The translations under genes were made by a program, and so were the position numbers. The notes beneath the pieces are model-generated. The model was given only the letters and a program-made list of their open reading frames with translations, was not told where the DNA came from and made no database searches. From Candidatus Multivoradales bacterium (GTDB lineage Bacteria > Acidobacteriota > Thermoanaerobaculia > Multivoradales > JAHEKO01), in the NCBI GenBank assembly GCA_965223155.1, contig CBDCVR010000013.1, positions 128,001-192,000 on the forward strand: a stretch of 64,000 nucleotides of DNA. Direction: 5' to 3'. Position 1 is the first letter of the stretch. Every line of letters starts with the position of its first letter. Shown piece after piece: positions 28,380 through 39,800 of the stretch.

Positions 28380-28739
28380 CTACTCGACGTGCCTGAGCTC
28401 TTCGCGCAGCACGCGAGCCGCAGTAGCGCGATCGCCAGGGTCTGTTCCGACGACGTCTCGCAGGAAATGCTCTACCTCTGCACGAAAAGCCGCTCGCCGT
28501 TGGACTGCGGGCGCGTAGAAGTTCGTGTTTCCTCGCTTCCGGACCCTCAGCCAGCCCTTGCCAGCCATGCGCGTCATGAACGTGAGGACTGTCCGGTAGT
28601 CCCGCTTATGTGCCTTGAGGTCCTCACGCAGAACCTCCCGGACAGTGCAGCGCCCTAGACGCCAACAGATTCGCATGATCTCCCACTCGGAAGGGGAGAG
28701 ACGCTCTTTCGGGACGGTCTTTCGCAGTCGTCTAGCCAT
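28380..28739 (-). CDS. BlaI/MecI/CopY-family transcriptional repressor
   Basis: LSPSEWEIMRICW...TVREV...YRTVLTFMTRMAGKGWL...Y winged-helix pattern. Confidence 0.88.
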   Translation of the reverse strand: MARRLRKTVPKERLSPSEWEIMRICWRLGRCTVREVLREDLKAHKRDYRTVLTFMTRMAGKGWLRVRKRGNTNFYAPAVQRRAAFRAEVEHFLRDVVGTDPGDRATAARVLREELRHVE

Positions 28740-28751
28740 GTTTCAGCCTGT

Positions 28752-28828
28752 TCCGACGATTGTAGGACTTCGCCCGGGTAGAAGCCAGCACCGTCGGACC
28801 ACTTGACTTGTTTCCTATGCGTGTAGGA
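28752..28828. promoter_or_regulatory. Two BlaI-type operator-like dyads in the divergent promoter region
   Basis: TCCGACGATTGTAGGA (28752-28767) and TCCTATGCGTGTAGGA (28813-28828) resemble TACA-NN-TGTA; TTGACT (-35-like) at 28803-28808. Confidence 0.55.
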
Positions 28829-28848
28829 GTATTACACGCGTGGGAGAC

Positions 28849-29043
28849 ATGCTGCCGATGGAGCGACTCCGGGAGATCCTCGGGCCTGAGTGCGATTTGA
28901 GCGAGGCGGAGCTCGAGACACTGCGGCGGGAGATGCACGAGCTGGCGGAGATCATCGTCGAGGCGGCCTCGGTTACACTCGTCCGCCCCGCTTCTGAGAT
29001 CGCCGAGCCAAACCGGAGCGAGGAGGACCTCGAGGCCGACTGA
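28849..29043 (+). CDS. Small acidic protein translationally coupled to the recombinase
   Basis: GGGAG RBS, MLPMERLREILG...LSEAELETLRREMHELAEII; TGATG overlap with the recombinase start. Confidence 0.6.
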   Translation: MLPMERLREILGPECDLSEAELETLRREMHELAEIIVEAASVTLVRPASEIAEPNRSEEDLEAD

Positions 29044-30566
29044 TGCGCGCCGTCATCTACTGCCGAGTCAGCACCCAACAGCAGACGAAGAATCTGAGTC
29101 TGCCGGCGCAGCGCAAGGAGTGCGTCAAGTTCTGCAAGGCGCAGGGATGGACGGTGGATCGGGTGTTCGTCGAGCGCGGCGAGTCGGCGAAGTCGGCGGA
29201 CCGGACGGAGCTCACCAAGCTCCTCGACCACTGCCGCGACAATCTCGGCCGGGTGGACGTGATGGTCGTCTACTCGCTCGACCGCTTCGCCCGGAACAGC
29301 TACGACCACCACGCGGTGCGGGCTCACCTGGCACGGATGGGCATGACCCTCCGGGCGGTGACCCAGCCCATCGACGAGACGCCCACGGGGAAGTTGATGG
29401 AAGGCGTCCTCGCCGCCATCGCCCAGTTCGACAACGACCAGCGAGCCGAGAAGACGACTCTCGGCATGAAGGAGGCCCTGAAGCGCGGCCGCTGGACCTT
29501 TCCGGCGCCGCTCGGCTATCGGAACGTGCACCGGCCGGACGGCTCGAAGACCATCGAGCCCGATCCGGATGTCGCGCCCCTGGTCCGGCGCGCCTTCGAG
29601 CTCTACGCCAAGGGCATCCACTCGAAGCGAGAGGTCCTGGAGCAGGTGACGATCCTGGGACTCCGGACCAAGCTAGGCAACAAGATGAGCCCGCAGAGCT
29701 TCGGTCAGATGCTCAAGCACCCCCTCTACGCCGGCCGGATCCGGAACGACAAGTGGGGGATCGACGTCCAGGGCGACTTCGAACCCATCGTCGACGAACA
29801 CACCTTCCACCGAGCGCAGCTGGCGATGAGGAAGGCAGCGAGCACTGGCGAACAGCGCTTCAGGAACAACCCGGACTTTCCGCTGCGGCGCTTCGTCCGC
29901 TGCGGGTCCTGCGACAGCCCGCTGACCGGCTCCTGGGCCCGCTCCAAGACCGGCAAGCGGTACGCCTACTACCACTGCCACCGGTGCCGAACCACGAGCC
30001 TCCGCAAGGAGCTCCTGGAGGAGCGCTTTCTCGAGCTGCTGGACCGGCTCAAGCCCACGAAGAAGAAGCTGCAGGCGCTCAAGGAGAGTGTGCTCCTGGT
30101 CTGGCGAAAGCGGAAGCGGGAGCTGGAGGAAGCTCGACCGCTCCTCGAAAGGGAAATCGCGCGGCTCGAGGAGCAGAAGAAGCGCCTAGTGGACGCCTAC
30201 GTCTACGAGCAGGCGATCGACCAGGACACCTACCGTCGCGAGCTCGCGCGGATCAGCCAGGACCTCACGCTCGTCCGGGTCGAGCACCACGGCAACGAGA
30301 TCGACAGCTTCGACGTCGAGGCCGTCCTCGAGTTCGCCGAGTACGTCGTCTTGAACGCTCGCCGGCTGTGGGAAGAGTTCCCGATGGAGCTTCGCCGGCG
30401 GATGCAGAAGGTCCTGTTCCCCGAAGGCCTCGTTTGGTCCAACGAGGCGTTTCAAACCCCGGTAACCTGCCTGTTCTTCAGGGACTTGGAGCGGCCGGAG
30501 ATAGAGCTGGAAAAGGTGGTAGCACTGGCCAGACCGCACCGGCCAGACCTTTCCAGGGTCCTTTGA
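29043..30566 (+). CDS. Large serine recombinase (resolvase + recombinase + Zn-ribbon + coiled coil)
   Basis: YCRVST catalytic Ser, LDRFARN, PLGY, YAG, CGSC...YYHCHRC Zn ribbon. Confidence 0.93.
   Translation: MRAVIYCRVSTQQQTKNLSLPAQRKECVKFCKAQGWTVDRVFVERGESAKSADRTELTKLLDHCRDNLGRVDVMVVYSLDRFARNSYDHHAVRAHLARMGMTLRAVTQPIDETPTGKLMEGVLAAIAQFDNDQRAEKTTLGMKEALKRGRWTFPAPLGYRNVHRPDGSKTIEPDPDVAPLVRRAFELYAKGIHSKREVLEQVTILGLRTKLGNKMSPQSFGQMLKHPLYAGRIRNDKWGIDVQGDFEPIVDEHTFHRAQLAMRKAASTGEQRFRNNPDFPLRRFVRCGSCDSPLTGSWARSKTGKRYAYYHCHRCRTTSLRKELLEERFLELLDRLKPTKKKLQALKESVLLVWRKRKRELEEARPLLEREIARLEEQKKRLVDAYVYEQAIDQDTYRRELARISQDLTLVRVEHHGNEIDSFDVEAVLEFAEYVVLNARRLWEEFPMELRRRMQKVLFPEGLVWSNEAFQTPVTCLFFRDLERPEIELEKVVALARPHRPDLSRVL
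30518..30526 (+). other. Putative right attachment-site core GGTAGCACT (inside the recombinase 3' end)
   Basis: 8/9 match to 10208-10216 in the same codon phase. Confidence 0.65.
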
Positions 30567-30723
30567 GGACCGAGCTCGCCGATCCGCTCGATGTAGTCTT
30601 GCTGTAACTGTTCGATATCGAACACCTCGGGACGACGGCATTTCCACGCCTGATCGCGAGAATTCTAGCGAAACCATAGCGAACAAAGGACTTCTGGAGT
30701 TTCTCCCGCACCGCCGAGGAATC

Positions 30724-30739
30724 TGGCATCGGCCTTGCC
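30724..30739 (+). promoter_or_regulatory. Possible sigma-54 (-24/-12) promoter upstream of the giant-protein operon
   Basis: TGGCATCGGCCTTGCC with exact GG-N10-GC spacing. Confidence 0.35.
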
Positions 30740-30805
30740 TTTCCCCCGGGTTTGCAATGCGTTGCGCGAGTGGTCTAGGATGACCGGGCTGAGTCTCCCA
30801 ACAGG

Positions 30806-33800
30806 ATGGAAAAACCGGGTACCGACCCGGGCCGAAGTGCGTTGGGAGGACGGCGTGGTGAGTGGAGGGAAATGGGAGTCGTATCCGGTCGAGTAACGTC
30901 AAGAAGACAAGGACGGTCGCCCACCGGGGCCCGCAGAGCGGGGCCGCAGCTGCGGCGGCTTACTTCGCCGCCGGTCAAGGACCGAGGTCGGAGCACCTCG
31001 TCTGATCGGGTGTCGAGGCCCGAGGCGGTGGGCACCGAGGTGCCCGTCCGAGGCCGCCCTTCGCAGGCCTCGACCGGCTCCGGTCTCGCATGGGTGGTGT
31101 TTGCGGCGCTGGTGTTTTCGACGCTAGCGGCGCAGGCGCAAGAGCTGACCTCGGCCCGGTTGCTGATCGCCGGGACGCGGCTCGCCGTGAGCCCGGAGAG
31201 CCAGACGGTTCCCTTTGACACGCCGACGATTGTCGAGACCTCGCTCGAGGGCTTCGACGCCGGTCTCGGCACTTTGCCCGCCGATCTGCGCGTCTTGGGG
31301 GACTTCACCGGGCCGGGGCTGGACCGGGTCCTCACCCTCGAAACCACTCCCAACCAGCCCTTTCGCATTCCCCCGCTCTCGGTGGGCGGCGACTACCAGC
31401 TCGACAACATCCGCCTGGTGCAGGGGGACGAGCTCCTGGCCTTCGGCGAGCCCCGGTCGGCGGCGGTCCTGGTGACCGAGATTCTGGTGACGCGGGTAAC
31501 TTCGCGACCGCTGACTCTCGACGAGATTCGCAGCTACGGCATCGTCATCGACGACGACAACTTCAAGGCGTTCAACTTCAGTTTCGGTTTCGCGATCCGC
31601 GGCGAGACCGTGGATTACAACGTTCCGGTGGTGTGGTCGTTTCGCGAAGAGGGGGTGAGTGCCGAGATCCCTTCGGCGTTTCACTCTCTGGGTCGGACCC
31701 GCTTCGCTCCGCCCATTCACACTTTTGCACTCAAGGCGGAGCCCAATCCAGACGATCCGTTCCAGTTGGATCCCACGCCGTCGATTCCGCCTTTACCGGG
31801 AGCGATCGTCTTCCCCAGCGACGTGACGTTGTTGAACCAGTTCTTCTCGGTCGTGCTGATGGTTCAGAATGGCGCGCCCGAGGGCGATCCCCTCGTGATT
31901 CGTGATCTGGCGGCGACGATCAAGCTGCCTGCCGGTCTTCGCACCGCCGAGACCGAGCCCCCAACGCCGCTCGGTGTTCCGGTACCCGTACGGGTTCCCG
32001 GACCGGATGGAGAACTGGGCACCGCCGACGACGTCACCTTTCTGATCGCTCAGGCGAGCGGCGAGGCGGAGTTCCTTGTCGAAGGGCGCAAGGAAGGCAC
32101 CCACATCGTCGAGATCGACATGGAGGGGACGCTCGACGGTCTTCCGGGCGGAGTTCGCCGGCTCAGCGGCTCGACTCGGGGCGCTGTCTTGGTGCGGGAC
32201 CCGACGTTTGGCATCACCATTGCCCATCCCGACGTCGTCCGGGCCGACGAAGAATACGATTTGCGGCTGACCGTCGCCAACACTTCGAACGCGCCGGCGA
32301 ATCTGGTCAGCATCCGGTTGCCGGGATCGAAGCTGATCGGCACGGAGCTGGTGGATCCGAGCGCGTACCAGCAGACCATCGACACGCTCTTGCCCGGCGA
32401 GTCGGAGGTCGTGACCTTCCGGTTGCGGTCCCGCCTGACAGGCCGAGTGGTCTCGACATCGGCCCGGAGCGACCAGCACATCAGCCCGACGTTTGATCTC
32501 ACGGTAGGGGTGGGCGAGAACGGGATTCCGCTCTCGCCGACGACTATCGTCCTTCCCGACGAGACTGAGACGCTGCCGCCGGAGCTCCTGCGGCATTCGC
32601 TGGGGATGGTCGGGTTGGGGTTCTCGCTGGCCACTGCTTCCGGCAGCGTGCGCGACCCGAACCTGCCGTTCGTGACTCGGGGTACGGTGGATGAGCGGAT
32701 CTACTACCTTCGCGAGGCGGCCAAGCACGCCGACATGGGAGAGGACCTCTTCGATGCCCTGGCGCTCTTGAGCCTGGATTGGAATGGCGCTCGCGATCGG
32801 GACTGGGAGTGGGATCGTCTGCGGCGCACGACCCAGCGTGGCGTGAACCTGGCCGCGGCCTACGGCGAGGTATTCGACACCGAGGCACAGGCCGTGGGCG
32901 TCGAGGCCATGTTCGACCGTTTCGTCGAGACGGCCGGTTTTCTGGCGCCGCTGCATTTTGCGGCGAGCGCCGGCCAGGGTTCGCGGGTCGAAGTCGTGAG
33001 CCGAGCTACGGGTTTCGGCCTGGCGACCGGGGTCGAGCTCGAGGAGCGTGCGCGCGACTTGCCTTTCGGCGAGTTGTATCCCTTAGCCGGAGGGGAGCTT
33101 GCCACCGTTACGGTTCCGGAGGAAACCGGGCACCGCGTCGTCCTGCGCTCGGACGGAACGGCGCCGGCGGATCTCTACGTGCTCGTCCCCGGCGATCCCC
33201 AGGAGCTGCGGGTGTTGCGCTGGCGGAACGTCGGTCTGGACGCCAGAGGCACCGCGGCTGTCGAGATTAGCCCCGAGGACCTCCAGCCGTTGCTATCGAT
33301 CGACCTGGACGGCGACGGCATGGAGGACGAGACGCGGGTACCCGAAGTCGAACTTCTGAGCCCGAGGCCGTTTCAAGTGATTGCCGCGGTGCAGCGTGAC
33401 GATCCGCCGTCCGGGCAGGTCGTGGAGGTCCTTTTCACCCGCGATGTCGCCACCGAAAGTCTGGTGCCGCGCGATGCGAATCGCTTCACCATCCCGGGCA
33501 AGTTCTCGAACGGCGGCGTGCTGCCCACCGATGAGGATCGCTTCGGCGTCGTCGCCGAGACTTTCGCGGGTCTCCGCAACAGTCGGATCGTGGAGGTGGT
33601 CTTCAACAACGGCATCAGCCCGCTGGTGGAGAACTACCTAACCGTGGATGACGTCGACGGCGTCCTCGGTGACGTCGTCACAGACGAGACCGTACTCGTG
33701 GACACGCGGGTGACGATGCCGGGCATCCAGCTCACCGGCCAGGTCTTCGGTCCCGACGGCGAGCCCGTTCCGTTTACCGAAGTCTCGCTCTTCGAGATCG

Positions 33801-36800
33801 ACTACAGTCATTTCAGCGAGGCCTGCCTCCAGCACAAGACGGCGGTGGTGCCGACCGACGGCGAGGGCCGGTTCCGTTTTGACTACGTGCGCTTGAAGGA
33901 CCGCTGCCCGAGCTCCTTCGTAATCCAAGGCGCGGATCCATCAACGGGTCTGGACGGATCCGCGGTCGGGACCGTCCGCTTCATCGACGACACCCAGTAT
34001 TTGGACATTGTGCTACTGGGCCGCGGCACGGTTCGCGGCCAGGTGCGGTTCGAAACCGGGGAGCCCGCGCCGTTTCACAGGGTTCGGGCTCTCAGCACGG
34101 TCTTCCAGGAGTTCCCTTCCACGGGCACTGACGAAAACGGCAACTACGAGCTACGGAACCTGCCCGTCGGGCCGGTGTCGCTCGTGACCCGAGACGCGGA
34201 CGGCAACATCGCGCAGGCGACCGTCGAGATTCGCACCGCCGGAGCTGTCGTGGAGAAGGATCTCGTCATCTTGAGGCGGGACGAGCCAACCGGCGAGGTC
34301 CGGGGAACGGTCTACGAGGTGGATGGCACGACGCCGGTGGCGAGGGCCTGGCTGGCCTTGTACGTGAACGGTGCAACCGCCGGGGTCGTTCAGAGCCGTG
34401 TGGACGGCGGCTTCGCCTTCCCCGAGGTTCCAGCCGGTCCCGCGGAGATCGAGGTCTTCGACTCGCGCACCAATCGGTCCGGTGGAGTCCAGTTCTTCGA
34501 GGTCCTGGCCGACAGGGTCAATGAGGTCGACATCATCCTGCGGAACGAGACCGGCTCGATCGTCGGACACGTCTATCGAGACACCGCTTCAGGCCTCGAG
34601 CCCGCTGGCGGTTTGATCGTCGCCGTGGCCCGGCAGTCAAACCACACGACGACGGCGGCTGACGGTTCGTACCGGCTGGACGACGTCCTCGTCGGTGACC
34701 TCACGATCACCGCGTACGACTTCGCCGCCAATACCAAGGCCTCGCGCAACCTGACTCTCCAGGTGGATGAGGAAGCGACGGGCTTCGACCTCGTCTTTTC
34801 GGTACCGGGAACGGGCTCGATCTCGGGGATCGTGCTCGGCACCGACGGGCTGCCGGTTCCGTCGGCTCCGGTGCGGCGGGCGATCGGCACCACCTACGAT
34901 CTCGAGACCTTCACCGCTCTGGACGGCACCTTCCAGCTCGAGGGAGTCGGCGTCGGAACGGTGAGCGAGCTCCACTCGTTCCAGGGGACGAGTGGCGGCA
35001 TTGCGACGGCGCGCGTTCGTTTCGAAGGCGACAACCCCTTTGTCGAGATTCGCTACAAGTCCGGGACGCTGCGCGGTCAGGTTTCCGCCCGCAACGAAAG
35101 CGGAGAGCTCCTCGGCGTCCGGTCGTTGGTTTCGTATCACACCGTCGTCCCGGTCCGGGGCTTGCTGCGGACGAATCCTCTGCCGGTCGAGATCGAGACC
35201 GACGATTCCGGCTTCTTCGAGATCTCCAACGTCATCGCCGGGCGCTACTCGATCGTCGTCTCGAACGCCTTTCATGGGGAGAAGACCGTCTCCGGTGACC
35301 TCCTGCAAAACGGTGAAGTGATCGATCATGAGTTCATCTTCGAGCGAAACGGCAGGATCACCGGAACCGTTTTCGACATCGACGGAGTGACGCCCGTGCT
35401 GGGAGTGGAGGTCGAGCTCGGTCATCCGAACTTCAGCCAATTCACGGCCTTCACCGACGAGAACGGCCGGTTCCTGTTCGATCTGGTGCCCCCCGTGGGC
35501 CATCCGTTCCCAATTGTCGCGACCCTGGATGGCGCGATCTATCGGGTGGCGCAGGTGTACGTGTGTTTCACCGAGTTCGGGCAGGAGCTCGACGTCGAGA
35601 TCGTCCTTCAGGAGCAGGGTGAAATCGCGGGTTGGGTCGAAGACGCCAACGGAGTGCGTGTGGCCGACGCCAACGTGACCCTTCAGGAAACCGTCTTTCC
35701 GAGGCGCCGGCTCACCCAGACCACCGACGCGGATGGGCGCTGGTCCTTTGCCAACGTCTTCGTGGGCACGGTTTCGCTGGGTGCTGTCTCGAATCAACTC
35801 GGTGGCCTCGGCGGCAAGACCGCGGTGGCCTTGAACGAGGAGGGCGACAGCCTTCAGGACATCGTGATCCGCCTCGAGCCGACCGGTGAGATCCACGGCC
35901 GCCTGTTGAGTCCGGTGGACGGCTCGCCGGTCCCGAGTGGGCAGGTCACGCTCTTTCGCTCCGGCGTGGGCCTCTTCGACTCGGCGACTACAGATGCCGA
36001 GGGCGGCTTCGTGTTCGAACTTCTTCCTTTGGGGGGCTACTGGATCCGGGCCTTCGATCCGTCGACCGGGCGCTTCGGCTCGTCGGAGTACTTGGAGGTG
36101 GCCGCCAACGGCGAGATCCTCGAGATCGACCTGACGCTTGGCGGCCGCGGCACGGTGGATGGGCACCTGACCGAACCGGGCTCGGGCCTAGTGGTGCCGG
36201 GAGCGTCCATCAAGCTGGTGGCGCAGGGCGGAGTGCCCTTGGTCGCCTACGCCAGCACGTCGGCGGCGGGACGGTTCGAGTTCCTTGGCATTCCGGAAGG
36301 CGACTTCACGCTCACGGCCCGGCTCGTGGACGATCTGCGGCAGGCGTTTGGCACCGGAGAGATCCTGGGCGAGGGCGACCTGGCGACCGTTGATCTGGTG
36401 CTGGACGAGCTCCTCACGGTGGTCGGCACCGCGTTCAATCCAGCGGGATTGTCGGTGGGACCGTTTGCGCCCGTGACCGTGCAGCTGACGCAGTTTCGCG
36501 GCACGGCAACGCAGGTGATCGGTGCTTCGGAGGTGAATCCTTACCGCTTTGACGGGGCGATCGCGGGCCTCACCTACCGGCTCGAGGCCCAGGAGATCGG
36601 AGGTCTGCATCGAGCGTTGCGCTCGGGCCGCTTGCCAGATGCCATCCCAGGTGCCGAGGTCGAGATCGATCTCGACATCGTCCCGTTGGGCAGCGTTCAC
36701 GTGACGGTGGTCGATTCGGTCGGGTTGCCTGTCACCGATGCCGAGGTGCGCGTGACTTCGAATGGCCTCTACCGGACGAATCAGGTGCGATTCACCGGCG

Positions 36801-39800
36801 CCGGCAACACGGCGGAGTTTCTCGACGTGGGCGGCGGCGTGATCACGGTCTACGCCGAGAGCGATGCCCTACAGCTGGGCGGAGTCGAGAGCGCGAGTCT
36901 CGATTCCGAGGGGCAGGCCTTGCAGCTCACCGTGACGCTGGAAGCCGCGGGCGCGCTTTCCGGAGACGTCGTACTTGCCGATGGCTTGACCCCCGCCGCG
37001 GGGGCAATCGTCGTGGTGGCGGCTTCCGGCCGGACCTTTACGGCGTTCGCGGGAGCCGACGGGTCGTTTGAGATGCCCTCGGTGCCGGCCGGGACGTTCC
37101 GCGCGGATTTCCAAGAAGCGGACGGGCCCGGGAGGCGCACGGTCTTCGGTTCGATCGCCGGGCCGGGCGACCAGATTGACTTGGGCTCGGTAGTTCTGGA
37201 CGACGAGGATCCGCTTGTGGTTTCGATCGAGCCAGCCGCGGGCTCCATCAACGTTCCCGCTGAAGCCGCCGTCGTGGTGCGCTTCAACGAGCCGGTGCAA
37301 CAAACCGCTCAGAACCGCAACCGGGTGATGGTGCGCGAGGTCGACTCCGGGAGCGGGATCTCCAGCACCGCTGTCTGGGGTGACGGAGGCCAGACTCTGA
37401 CGCTGACTCCGACAGCCGCGCTCGGCAGCTTCGAGGCCTATCGGGTCACTGTCAGCACCGGGATCGTGGATCCGGCGTACCGGGCGTCGACCGTGGCCGC
37501 GGCGGCGACCTTCACGACCCTGGACTACCTGCCGCCCGAGGTCGTGGCGATCGATCCGGCCCAAGACGCTCTCCAGGTGCCGGTCGACGCCCAGATCGTC
37601 GTGACGTTCTCGGAGCCCGTGGTGCTCGAGTCCCTGTCCGGTCCGGCCATCCAGCTGACCGACGTCACGACCGGTTCAGGCGTGTCCACGACCTTCATCC
37701 TGCTTCCGGCCGAGCGGGACGTCGTGATCACGCCCGTGGGGGGTCTCGAGCCGGAGCGCCGCTACAGTTTGACGCTGCAAGGAGTCAAAGACGCGGCTGG
37801 GAACTCCTCGGGTCTCTTCGTCTCGACCTTCGAGACCATCGACGAAACCGCGCCCGAGATTTCGCTGACCGTGCCGCCCGGTCCGTTCAGTCCGGGCGTG
37901 GGCTACTCGGTGAGCGCCGTCGGGGTGGCGAGTCCCGATCTGGCGTCGGTGTCATTCTTCAAGAACGACGAGCTCGTAACCAGCGACTCCGAGGCTCCCT
38001 TTGGCGCGACCATCGTGCCCACCGCGGCCGACGGAGCTGCCGGTAGCCTGGACGTCGTCGCCGCCGGCATCGATCGCGCGGGCAACGTCGGGCCCGAGGT
38101 GCGCGTCACTCGAGTCGTTGCCGAAGATCTGCCGCCGTCGGCCTCGTTCACCCTGGATCCCTCGACCGAGATTCTCCCGAACGCGGTCTTCGAGGTCCAT
38201 GCCGAGGCCCAGGACGACGTCGGCGTCGAGAAGATGGAGATCCTGGTGACCGGCGGGCTCGCGGATCAGTACGTTGTCTTTCCGAGCGGGGATCCGGCCA
38301 GTGCCACGGCCGTTCGCGTGTTTCAGGTCCCGGTGACGCCGGTCGAGTCGGAGGTGCGAGTCGTCGTCCGGGCCACGGATACCCTTGGACAGGTCATCGA
38401 GACCGCGCCTCAAGCGCTCGCCATCCGCGCCGACGTGGATCCGCCGGCGATCACGGTCTCGGAGCCGCAGGCCGGCGCCGCGATCACTTCGGGCGAGACC
38501 CTTGCGGTCGACGCCACCGTCACCGACAACGTCACCGTCGATCGCGTGACCTTCCGGTTCGCCGGAACCGAAGTCGTCGACACCGCGGCGCCGTACACGG
38601 CGAGCTTCGTGGCTCCCGAGGTCACGGTCGACACCGCCCTTGACGTCGAGGTCGAGGCTGTGGATCCGGCCGGCAATGCGGCCACGGAAGTCGTGGCGAT
38701 CACGATCGAGCCCCAGATCAACCCCGACGTCCCGACTGCCGTCATCACCTGCCCGGCAGACGGAGATCCGTTTCTGCCGGCGATCGACCTGCCCATCGCC
38801 TTTTCCATCGCCGACGATCAGCTGATCCAGAACTACAGGATTCTCGTGGACGGCCTCCTGCTGGAGGAGCATCTCGCGGTCGACCAGCTCGAGGTCATCG
38901 GCTCGGTGCTCTGGTCGCCGCCGGCAGGCGTGGCGCCGGGAACCACTGCCTTGGTCCGTGTCGAAGCCGAGGACTATGCTGGCAATCTCGGCTTCGTCGA
39001 GATCACGCTGACGGTGCCCGTGGGCACGGTACTGGGGGATGGCTCGGTGCTGGATTCGAGCTACGACGGGCAGAGCGTGGTGCTCGGCAGCGGCAGCTTC
39101 ACCGTCGCCGAACCCGTCGCCCTGACCGATCTGACCCTGATCCACGGCGCTAGTCTGACGGCGTCGGTTCCGGTCGAGATCGCTACGACCGGCTCGACTC
39201 GACTGGCCTGCGGCAGCGTCCTGGACGTGACGGGCCAGGGGTACGCGGGTGGTGCTTCGCCGGCGGAGCCCGAGGGTGGGGCTCCGGCCGGGATCACCGG
39301 CTCGACGCCGGACGCTGGCGGCAGCCACGGCGGCTCGGGGAACTTCCGGGCTGGTGGCCCCGCCGGGGAGGTCTACGACTCGGTGTACGTGCCGCAGCTT
39401 GCGGGCGGCGGCGGGGCGCATGACAACGACTCGTGCTGCGCCGGCGGTGCGGGCGGTGGGGTGGTGGAGCTGGTGGTGGGCGAGCTGGTGCTGGAAGGCT
39501 CGATCGTTTCCCAGGGCGAGTTTCCCGGGCACAACACGAGCCGTCCGAGCGGCGCCGGCGGCACGGTGCTGGTGGAGGCGGGGACGGTCCGGGGCTCGGG
39601 CACGATCGACGTGTCGGGCGGCGACTCGTCGGACTGCTCGGGCAGCCATACGGTGGGTGGCGGCGGAGGCGGCCGGGTGGCGCTCTATGTGGACGTCCTG
39701 GACGGGTTCGACCCGGCGGCGCAGGTGACGTCGGCGGGCGGTGCGATGACGTACTGCGGCACGACGATGGCGGGGTACGCGGCGCCTGGGACGGTGTACG

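Larger units (their letters stand above)
10208..30523. mobile_element. Integrative mobilizable element / integrated plasmid (serine recombinase + RepA + MobC/relaxase) with defence-like and metabolic cargo
   Basis: Recombinase at right end, repA/mob at left end; GGTAGCCCT (10208-10216) and GGTAGCACT (30518-30526) at the boundaries; cargo visibly more AT-rich than flanks. Confidence 0.8.

Noticed and set aside
30524-30650. Possible host gene disrupted at the integration site
   Set aside because: The reconstructed empty site yields only short unrecognisable ORFs; the target appears intergenic and is not a tRNA.
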